Source: Lonepinella koalarum | GTDB lineage: Bacteria; Pseudomonadota; Gammaproteobacteria; Enterobacterales; Pasteurellaceae | NCBI RefSeq assembly: GCF_042926695.1 | Contig: NZ_CP170642.1 | Location: 1,684,019 to 1,708,018, forward strand | Direction of reading: 5' to 3' | Length of the DNA: 24,000 nt | Shown: positions 9,149-17,245 of the stretch, one piece after another | How positions within the stretch are numbered: position 1 is the stretch's first letter | How the letters are laid out: the number at the start of each line of letters is the position of its first letter | Notes under the pieces: model-generated | Told to the model about the DNA's origin: nothing | Databases searched by the model: none | The model's input: the letters and a program-made list of their open reading frames with translations, nothing else | Made by a program: the position numbers and the translations under genes

Positions 9149-10539
9149 TGGATAAATCCTCCATCTTTTAAGAAATTAGTGATAAGTGTTTGGTGGTAAA
9201 CTTTTTTCAACGGGGTAACATGGAAAAAACGTTCCATGGTGCCAGTTTGTTCAAACGTTGGATAAACAATTTGCTCACTGTTAACCGCCTTAACTAAATT
9301 TACCGTTGCTACAATCACTAACTCTCGGCTTTCACGCTGTGTTGATGCACTACGGAAAAAAGATCCTAAAATAGGAATATCACCTAGCACAGGAATTTTA
9401 GATAAACCTTCAATATCATCTTGGCTGAGTAAACCACCAATAATAAAACTTTCTCCGTCCGCAATTTCAAAGGTAGATTTAGAACGACGTGTATTAAAGA
9501 ATGGTATCGCACCAATCCCATCATACTGATAGTTACCTGCTAACGTACTGACTTCTTGAGCTAATGCCAAACGAATGCGATTATCTTTTTGTAATTTTGC
9601 ACCGACCCCTAATTTAATCCCGAAATCTTTGTAAATAATGGTTGGATTACCATCACGATCTCGTTGCGCAAAAGGAAGTTCTCCCCCAACTAAAATATCC
9701 GCTGTCTCACCCGATAACATGGAAACATTCGGTTCAGCTAAAATTTTGCCATTGTTCTGATTATCTAACGCATTAATAAAAATACTTAACCCATCAGCAT
9801 TAAGGGATAAGGTTCCACCATTTGTCCCATTAAAACCGCCACTGCCAGAGAAACTTTTACCCAAGTTGTTGAGAAGATTACCGTGTAGATTATTCCAATT
9901 AATTCCTAACGCGTCAGAAAACTTTTTATTGACTTCCACCACGGTTAATTTCACATTGATTTGTACATTATCCGCAACTTGAGAATTATTGATTACATCG
10001 TCATAGCTATATTTATCTAAAAACGAAACTTTATCATCACCACCAGTAGCATGTTGCAATTTATATTCGGTAACTTTTGGACTTGATCCCAATGAAGCCC
10101 CCACAATACGATTAATCTCATCACGTTCATTTTCTGAAATAGCTTCTCCTTCAATTATATAAGCCTTACCGACTTTCTTAACGGAAAGTTTGCTATTAGG
10201 AAAGCGTGCTTTAATTTGTCTATTTGTATCTGCAATATTATTTAATGCGTCATTGACATTGATGGTATCTGATTTAATTTGATTACCCTGCTCATCAAAT
10301 GCAACAACTTCTGATTTACCTTCTTCCTTGGTATAAATCATGAAACTATGATCATCTAAAATTTCATAATCTGCTACATTAGGCGAAGAAACAAATACCG
10401 TATCAATTTTTTGATCTGATTTAATTAACCGAGATTGTCCTTTTTCCAAATTAAATGTTTGTGAAAATGTGTTATACGATAAACCGATTAATACTAAACC
10501 AATAAATTTAGTGATCCATTTTTTTCTAGTTGTCAACAT
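9145..10539 (-). CDS. rcpA: RcpA (CpaC-type) secretin
   Basis: 464 aa with a signal peptide. The C-terminal secretin domain has the typical ...GGLLSQDDIEGLSKIPVLGDIPILGSFFRS... motif. Confidence 0.92.
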   Translation of the reverse strand: MLTTRKKWITKFIGLVLIGLSYNTFSQTFNLEKGQSRLIKSDQKIDTVFVSSPNVADYEILDDHSFMIYTKEEGKSEVVAFDEQGNQIKSDTINVNDALNNIADTNRQIKARFPNSKLSVKKVGKAYIIEGEAISENERDEINRIVGASLGSSPKVTEYKLQHATGGDDKVSFLDKYSYDDVINNSQVADNVQINVKLTVVEVNKKFSDALGINWNNLHGNLLNNLGKSFSGSGGFNGTNGGTLSLNADGLSIFINALDNQNNGKILAEPNVSMLSGETADILVGGELPFAQRDRDGNPTIIYKDFGIKLGVGAKLQKDNRIRLALAQEVSTLAGNYQYDGIGAIPFFNTRRSKSTFEIADGESFIIGGLLSQDDIEGLSKIPVLGDIPILGSFFRSASTQRESRELVIVATVNLVKAVNSEQIVYPTFEQTGTMERFFHVTPLKKVYHQTLITNFLKDGGFIQ

Positions 10540-10541
10540 CC

Positions 10542-11327
10542 TTATTGTCCTCTTAATTTTCTAATAAACATACCCCGATGATTAATCGTAGAGGCTTCTG
10601 TATTGGTTGGCAAAATAATTAACTTACTTTCTTTTGCAACGGCATAAATTTTCTGAACTTGGTTAGCATCAGCTTTTACCGTAATATACCCAATCACACC
10701 TTGGCTACCAGAATTTTTAATTTCCTCATCGGAAAATTTTTTGCTATATAACACTAATAGATTATCTATTATTTTGATTAATTCATTTCTATCTGCACTA
10801 TCAAATCCTTTTGCAGTTTGTTGTGCAAAAACAGACACTGAACTACCTGCCAAAACAGTATCTAAAAGATAAGCTTCTGGTGATTTAATATAAACACGAT
10901 AAGCAACTTCATGCTCACTATCGACAGTAGAAAGTAAGAATTTAGCATCATCAGGTGAAATAATATTATTTTTAGATAAAAAAGAATCCTTAGATAAATT
11001 TTCACTCACTAAAAAACCTTGTAATGAATGATTAGCCGAACTATCAAGCCAATCTTTCAAATCCTTCTCAACTAAAGGGCTATCTACATCAACAGTTAAA
11101 TCAGAAAGAGTATAATCTTCCGCTTGAAGCAATGTTCCTTTCGCCACATCACGAACTAATACTGCCGTGGTAATTAATTTCTGTTCTTTATCTTCCTTGA
11201 TTGTGGTCGCTTGTTCGCCTTGTGTGACAGCAGAATCAGCATCATTTGATGATGGAATAAAAAATAATCCACCTAACCCAACAGCAAGAATAAGAAATGA
11301 AATTAGAAAAAGAACTCTATAATTCAT
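10542..11327 (-). CDS. rcpC: RcpC (CpaB-type) Flp pilus assembly protein
   Basis: 261 aa with a single N-terminal TM/signal anchor. Its size and its position immediately upstream of the secretin gene (2-nt gap) support the call. Confidence 0.8.
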   Translation of the reverse strand: MNYRVLFLISFLILAVGLGGLFFIPSSNDADSAVTQGEQATTIKEDKEQKLITTAVLVRDVAKGTLLQAEDYTLSDLTVDVDSPLVEKDLKDWLDSSANHSLQGFLVSENLSKDSFLSKNNIISPDDAKFLLSTVDSEHEVAYRVYIKSPEAYLLDTVLAGSSVSVFAQQTAKGFDSADRNELIKIIDNLLVLYSKKFSDEEIKNSGSQGVIGYITVKADANQVQKIYAVAKESKLIILPTNTEASTINHRGMFIRKLRGQ

Positions 11328-11386
11328 TTTTAATCCTTAATTTATAAATTTAATAAAGTTAATAATAGTAATTATGCTAAAGGTTA

Positions 11387-11821
11387 TCAGCTATACAGAC
11401 ACATATTGACTAAATAACCTAAGCTAATTGCAACACCGTAAGGCACACCATTGTCCGTAATGGCTTTTCTGTAAAACAGAAAACCTACAATAATAACAAG
11501 TAGTCCAGAGAATGTAATAAAAAAGAAAAGTGATGGAATTTGATCATTTGGTAAAGATAATGTTAATGCGGCAATGAGTTTAACATCTCCACCCCCTATT
11601 ATCCTCAGGGTAAATAATAAAAATCCAATCAGCAATACAAACAAGGGGGTTAAAATAAAAAGCGTTTCATATTTTAATCCAGTTAAAATAATGAATACCA
11701 AACATAAACCAATAACTATTTTATTCGCAATAATTCTATATTTAATATCAGACCAAGAAATATTGATTAATAAAACAATAGTGATGATGTTAAGAAATAT
11801 AATTAACCCTTCTCTAAACAT
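11387..11821 (-). CDS. tadV: TadV, Flp prepilin/pseudopilin aspartyl peptidase (short A24 type, no methyltransferase domain)
   Basis: 144 aa and polytopic. It has two conserved Asp contexts, WSDIKYRII and GGGDVKL, typical of TadV/CpaA peptidases. Confidence 0.88.
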   Translation of the reverse strand: MFREGLIIFLNIITIVLLINISWSDIKYRIIANKIVIGLCLVFIILTGLKYETLFILTPLFVLLIGFLLFTLRIIGGGDVKLIAALTLSLPNDQIPSLFFFITFSGLLVIIVGFLFYRKAITDNGVPYGVAISLGYLVNMCLYS

Positions 11822-11899
11822 AACTCTGCTACTGTTAAAATTTTTGCAACAAGAACAATTTAAAAATATTATAAGAACGTATAATTAATGAGAAGAATT

Positions 11900-11949
11900 G
11901 GAAAATCCATTTTCCTTAATTTATCCAACTGGCTAAAGAATATTTAGCC
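11900..11949 (-). promoter_or_regulatory. Two stem-loops immediately downstream of flp-2 (candidate attenuator / RNA stability elements)
   Basis: The first is ggctaaa-gaata-tttagcc (11931..11949; 7-bp stem), 10 nt after the flp-2 stop. The second is ggaaaa-tcca-ttttcc (11900..11915; 6-bp stem). Neither is followed by a U-tract on the minus strand, so they are not classical terminators. Confidence 0.35.
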
Positions 11950-11959
11950 ATAACACAAG

Positions 11960-12187
11960 TTATTTATCTACGACGGCATCAGAAATGGTGTCAGATAAAA
12001 CAGCTAATTTATCTGATAATTTAACGATAAAGCTATTAGGGCTATACAACATCGCAATTAAAAAAAGTCCAATCACAAAAATGATTAATCCATATTCAAT
12101 GGTCGTGACACCTGTTTGATCTTTTTTTATATCATGCAACCATTCAGTTACTAGAAAATAAATTTTACTTGATAAATTGGATAACAT
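11960..12187 (-). CDS. flp2: Flp-2, second Flp-family type IVb pilin paralogue
   Basis: 75 aa. It has the leader MLSNLSSKIYFLVTEWLHDIKKDQTG / VTTIEYGLI (Flp motif) and a hydrophobic helix. The acidic C-terminal tail differs from that of flp-1. Confidence 0.9.
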   Translation of the reverse strand: MLSNLSSKIYFLVTEWLHDIKKDQTGVTTIEYGLIIFVIGLFLIAMLYSPNSFIVKLSDKLAVLSDTISDAVVDK

Positions 12188-12248
12188 CCTTAAATTCCTA
12201 GCTTGGCACTAGCAGCCAATAATTTAGCTACTAGTACCTAGTATTTTA

Positions 12249-12488
12249 TCACTTACCTGCTGGTGTACTAAAACTTGCAGAACTAATAGCAGAAGCTAAC
12301 TCACTGAATTTAGATGATAGTTTAGCAACAAACCCGTTATCACCATAGAATACCGCAATAATAAATACTGCAATAACAATAGCAATTAAACCGTATTCAA
12401 TCGCTGTTACACCTTTTTGATCATTTTTGAAATGACGTAACCCTTCAGTTACTGAAATATAAGCTTTTGTTGAAATGTTAGACAACAT
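12249..12488 (-). CDS. flp1: Flp-1, major Flp pilin precursor
   Basis: 79 aa. It has the leader ...FKNDQKG / VTAIEYGLIAIVIAVFIIAVFY (G/XXXXEY Flp motif). A GGAG ribosome-binding site lies 8 nt upstream (12497..12500). It is the first gene of the operon. Confidence 0.93.
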   Translation of the reverse strand: MLSNISTKAYISVTEGLRHFKNDQKGVTAIEYGLIAIVIAVFIIAVFYGDNGFVAKLSSKFSELASAISSASFSTPAGK

Positions 12489-13135
12489 TTTAAAATCTCC
12501 ATTTTTATTTTTACAACAATCCGTATCTAACGGGCGTTAGATAGCGCTATTTACCGTATTTATCTTGTTTAGAAATAATGCAGCTGATAAAAGAGTTAGA
12601 CTCAACACTTTACTGGATTATTAATACAAAAATACTGATAGATTGAAATTCCACTTCAATCTGGGATGCGTATTGTCCACAAAAAATGCTTTAAGTACAG
12701 TTAATTTTTTAAAAACAAATACTGGTCGGATCTGCTTGAGTTAAATTGGTTGCATATTAGACTAAGCAACCGTTTGCATATTGAACAAACATTACTTTTT
12801 ATTATATTTCAATATGTTAATAAAATTATATTTTGCTGAATGGTTTCAACAAATAAATAGCAATAAAAAAATCTTAATTATGTTAAATGAAAATAGGTGA
12901 TGCAGATCGTCTTAGACAAAAAACAGGATATTGACATTTCATTAAAATTATGTTAACAAAATAAATTATACCAATTTAAACTGTATGCGATCTAACTTCA
13001 TAATAAAATATGATTTATCTGATTGATCTTAATAAAATTCATATCCCTATTGTGATACACGGCATCATTAAATTTAGTTAATATAAATAAATTTTGTTAC
13101 GAAGTTGTAGGCAAATGATGACTCAGATTTCAATA
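12489..13135. promoter_or_regulatory. Long AT-rich non-coding region upstream of flp-1 (tad promoter/control region)
   Basis: I could find no ORF longer than about 28 codons on either strand. The region contains several palindromes and direct repeats and a TGGTATAAT element on the minus strand (12965..12973). The true flp promoter cannot be fixed from sequence alone. Confidence 0.6.
12524..12543 (-). promoter_or_regulatory. Hairpin in the flp-1 5' leader
   Basis: A perfect 8-bp stem, tatctaac / gttagata, encloses a 4-nt loop. It lies 35 nt upstream of the flp-1 ATG and just 5' of the RBS. Confidence 0.4.
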
Positions 13136-13153
13136 CCCGGTTTAATCACCGGG
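13136..13153 (-). terminator. Probable terminator of the EIICB gene
   Basis: A GC-rich 6-bp stem, cccggt / accggg, encloses a 6-nt loop, 22 nt after the stop codon. The downstream U-tract on the minus strand is weak (TATTGAAAT). Confidence 0.4.
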
Positions 13154-13175
13154 CATTGATTTTTCTCAACCTGTA

Positions 13176-14630
13176 TTAATGCGCTTTTTTCATCGCTTCC
13201 GCAATAAATTCTGCTTCTAGCCCTAAAATCACTTGTAAACCATTATTTCCCATTTTCACTAGACCTTTCGAACCGAGTGCTTTGAGTTTGGCTTCATTGA
13301 TTTTATTCATATCTTGTACGGTTAAACGTAATCTTGTGGTGCAATAATCAACATTGCTGAGATTTTGTTTACCACCGAGAGCTTGCGTAAATTGCATCGC
13401 TCGTTCAGCGTAATTAGTATTTTCAGCGACTGTTTCGATCACATCGTCATCTTCACGCCCCGGCGTTTTCAAATTAAACATTTTGATTACCGCACGGAAC
13501 AATACATAGTAAATGCCGGCAAAGATTAAACCTTGTACAATCAGCATATACCAATTCACGGCCAATGGATTACGAGAAGAAAGCACCATATCCACTAACC
13601 CTGCACTAAACCCAAAACCAGCGATCCAATGCATGGTTGCTGCTATATAGACAGAAAGTGCGGTTAACAGTGCATGTACTACATAAAGCACTGGTGCCAC
13701 AAACATAAAGGCAAATTCAAGTGGTTCAGTGATACCAGTGAAGAATGATGCCAATGCAGCGGCAAACATAATAGATGCAATTTGGGCTTTTTTGGCAGGT
13801 TTGGCACTGTGATAAATCGCCAGTGCAGCGGCTGGTAAACCAAACATCATGACAGGGAAGAAACCGGCTTGATACATACCGGTTACACCTAAAACAGCTT
13901 TACCATCGGCAAGAGATTGAGCACCACCTAAGAAATTTGGAATATCATTGATACCCGCTACATCAAACCAGAATACAGAGTTCAACGCGTGATGTAAACC
14001 AACAGGGATCAATAAACGGTTAAAGAAAGCATAAATACCCGCACCAGTCGCCCCTAAATCTTTAATGGATTCCCCGAAAGACACCAAGCCACCAAAAATC
14101 ACTGGCCAAACATAAAGTAACACAAAGGCAACAATAATCATCACCAAAGACACCACAATTGGTACTAGCCGTTTACCACTAAAGAAAGCCAAGGCTTTAG
14201 GTAGTTCAACGGTATGGAAACGGTTATACAATTCTGCGGAAATTACCCCAACTAAAATACCGATAAACTGATTGTTAATTTTATTAAAGGCAGCTGGCAC
14301 TTGATCCGCCGCAATGCCTTGTAATTGAGCGACTGCACCGGGGGAAAGTAAGGTAGTCACCACTAAATAGCCAACTAAACCGGAAAGTGCGGCGGAACCA
14401 TGTTTATCTTCTGACATCCCAAACGCTACACCAATAGCAAATAGAAACGGCATTTGATCGATAATCGCACCACCCGATTTAATTAATAATGCCGCCAATT
14501 GGCTATTTGCTCCCCAACCATCAGGGTCAAGCCAATAACCTACGCCCATTAATAGTGCCGCTGCTGGCAATGCCGCCACCGGCACCATCAGTGCACGCCC
14601 TATTTTTTGTAAATAATTAAGAGTGCTCAT
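13176..14630 (-). CDS. PTS glucose-family (glucose/maltose/alpha-glucoside-type) EIICB permease, with no EIIA domain
   Basis: 484 aa. It has EIIC hallmarks (GITEPLEFAFMFVAP, LHHALN). The C-terminal EIIB domain carries the phosphorylatable Cys motif DYCTTRLRL. An AAGGAG RBS precedes the ATG. Confidence 0.88.
   Translation of the reverse strand: MSTLNYLQKIGRALMVPVAALPAAALLMGVGYWLDPDGWGANSQLAALLIKSGGAIIDQMPFLFAIGVAFGMSEDKHGSAALSGLVGYLVVTTLLSPGAVAQLQGIAADQVPAAFNKINNQFIGILVGVISAELYNRFHTVELPKALAFFSGKRLVPIVVSLVMIIVAFVLLYVWPVIFGGLVSFGESIKDLGATGAGIYAFFNRLLIPVGLHHALNSVFWFDVAGINDIPNFLGGAQSLADGKAVLGVTGMYQAGFFPVMMFGLPAAALAIYHSAKPAKKAQIASIMFAAALASFFTGITEPLEFAFMFVAPVLYVVHALLTALSVYIAATMHWIAGFGFSAGLVDMVLSSRNPLAVNWYMLIVQGLIFAGIYYVLFRAVIKMFNLKTPGREDDDVIETVAENTNYAERAMQFTQALGGKQNLSNVDYCTTRLRLTVQDMNKINEAKLKALGSKGLVKMGNNGLQVILGLEAEFIAEAMKKAH
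13656..13664 (+). repeat. Uptake signal sequence (Hin-type 9-mer AAGTGCGGT) inside the EIICB gene
   Basis: Exact 9-mer match read directly in the sequence. Confidence 0.8.
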
Positions 14631-14709
14631 AATGTTCTCCTTAAGATTTGAAGTTTTTGTTTATTTCCATACAGCGGAAGAAAGTCTACTCCAATTTTTG
14701 TAAAAAAAA

Positions 14710-14725
14710 TGTGATCTCCGTCATA
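14710..14725. promoter_or_regulatory. CRP-like binding site in the divergent EIICB / antiterminator intergenic region
   Basis: TGTGATCTCCGTCATA compared with the consensus TGTGA-N6-TCACA: the left half is perfect and the right half matches 4/5. Its centre would lie near -72.5 relative to the start predicted from the plus-strand promoter at 14756..14783. Confidence 0.4.
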
Positions 14726-14755
14726 AATTAAAAAAATATTTTTTATTATAACCAA

Positions 14756-14783
14756 TAGACTTTATGTCAGGTTTATCTATAAT
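14756..14783 (+). promoter_or_regulatory. Putative sigma-70 promoter of the antiterminator gene
   Basis: TAGACT (14756..14761), 16-nt spacer, TATAAT (14778..14783), about 55 nt upstream of ATG 14838. Confidence 0.3.
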
Positions 14784-14837
14784 GAAATTGAGTCTGGAAT
14801 TTTCCACCTTTTATGATTGAATATACGGGAAATTGCT

Positions 14838-15674
14838 ATGCTAAAAATTACTAAGATCTTTAACAACAACGCTATCTTGGCAGAAAATGAACATGGCACA
14901 GAATTAGTTATTTTGGGCAAAGGCATTTCCTTTAACAAAAAAGTGGGAGATTTGGTTAATGAGCAAGCTATTGAGAAGACCTTTAGTTTAAATAAAAGTA
15001 TTTTTGCGACTCATTTAACTGAAATTTTAAGTGAAATTCCACCACAATATTTTCGTTTAACCCATCGTATTATCAACCACGCCAATCATCTGTTAGGGAC
15101 GGAATTGTCCAATAATATTTATGTCAGTTTAACCGATCATATTTATCATGCAGTAGAACGACTTCGTCATCAACAACCGATCCAAAATGGCTTGTCCTAT
15201 GAAATTCAACGCCTCTATAAAAAGGAATTTGCCATTGGACAGTATGCGGTGCAATTAATTAATCGTGAAATGAAGGTGGAAATGAGCGATGATGAAGCAG
15301 GATTTATCGCTTTACATATTTTTAATGCCCGTACAGACAGTGAAATGCCTGAAACTTATCGTACTATGCAAATCATTAAAGATATTTTAGCGATTGTCGG
15401 TTATCATTTTAATCTGGTATTAGATCCTAATGATTTTGATTGCGGACGATTTATCACCCATTTACAACATTTTTCGCAACGCTTATTCTCCAATCAGGAA
15501 ATACCCAATTTTGGTGATGATTTTCTCTATCAACAAACCCGAAAAGCCTATCCTGATGTGTATCAATGTGTGGAAAAAATTAATAAATACTTAGTTAAAA
15601 ATTTTGATAAAACCTTAAATCAAGATGAACAGTTATATTTAGCTATTCATATTCAACGCATTATTCGTAAATGA
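14838..15674 (+). CDS. bglG: BglG/LicT-family PRD-containing transcriptional antiterminator
   Basis: It has an N-terminal CAT RNA-binding domain (MLKITKIFNNNAILAENEHGTELVILGKGISF). Two PRD-like regions follow, with conserved His contexts (LTDHIYHAVER, ALHIFNA, FITHLQHFSQR, LAIHIQR). I prefer ATG 14838 (278 aa) to the TTG at 14817 used by the ORF track. Confidence 0.9.
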   Translation: MLKITKIFNNNAILAENEHGTELVILGKGISFNKKVGDLVNEQAIEKTFSLNKSIFATHLTEILSEIPPQYFRLTHRIINHANHLLGTELSNNIYVSLTDHIYHAVERLRHQQPIQNGLSYEIQRLYKKEFAIGQYAVQLINREMKVEMSDDEAGFIALHIFNARTDSEMPETYRTMQIIKDILAIVGYHFNLVLDPNDFDCGRFITHLQHFSQRLFSNQEIPNFGDDFLYQQTRKAYPDVYQCVEKINKYLVKNFDKTLNQDEQLYLAIHIQRIIRK

Positions 15675-15698
15675 AAGTGCTATCGCACAAAAGCAAAA

Positions 15699-15738
15699 AA
15701 GTGCGGTGTAAAAAATGCTGATTTTTTTCACCGCACTT
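15699..15738. terminator. Inverted USS pair forming a hairpin terminator between convergent bglG and the GH1 gene
   Basis: AAGTGCGGTG (15699..15708) and CACCGCACTT (15729..15738) form a perfect 10-bp stem, extended by A/T pairs. On the minus strand a T-rich run follows (TTTTTTGCTTTTG). Both arms are exact Hin-type USS 9-mers. Confidence 0.7.
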
Positions 15739-15760
15739 GAAAGGTTGTGAAGACCTAAGG

Positions 15761-17245
<1,485 letters not shown>

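Noticed and set aside
12188-12248. Possible terminator between flp-1 and flp-2
   Set aside because: Only weak AU-rich 5-6-bp palindromes are present, with no U-tract. They are noted under the pilin finding but not called as a terminator.
13023-13036. FNR-like sequence TTGATCTTAATAAA (9/10 to TTGAT-N4-ATCAA) far upstream of flp-1
   Set aside because: This is a single degenerate match in very AT-rich DNA, about 540 nt from the flp-1 ATG and not positioned relative to any supported promoter. It is as likely to be chance as function.
13051-13066. TGTGATACACGGCATC as a possible CRP site
   Set aside because: Only the left half-site matches. The right half is unrelated to TCACA.
12489-13175. Small ORFs in the flp upstream region, for example the 28-codon MLIKLYFAEWFQQINSNKKILIMLNENR, the 22-codon MQLIKELDSTLYWIINTKILID, and 19-codon minus-strand ORFs near 12940
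   Set aside because: None has a properly spaced Shine-Dalgarno sequence. All are short enough to be expected by chance, and none resembles a pilin, regulator or toxin. I treat the region as non-coding.
14631-14816. Looked for a RAT/terminator switch upstream of the EIICB gene, because it lies next to the antiterminator gene
   Set aside because: Neither strand shows a GTTAC...GGCAA-type RAT or a leader hairpin with a U-tract. Only a CRP-like site and promoter-like hexamers are present.
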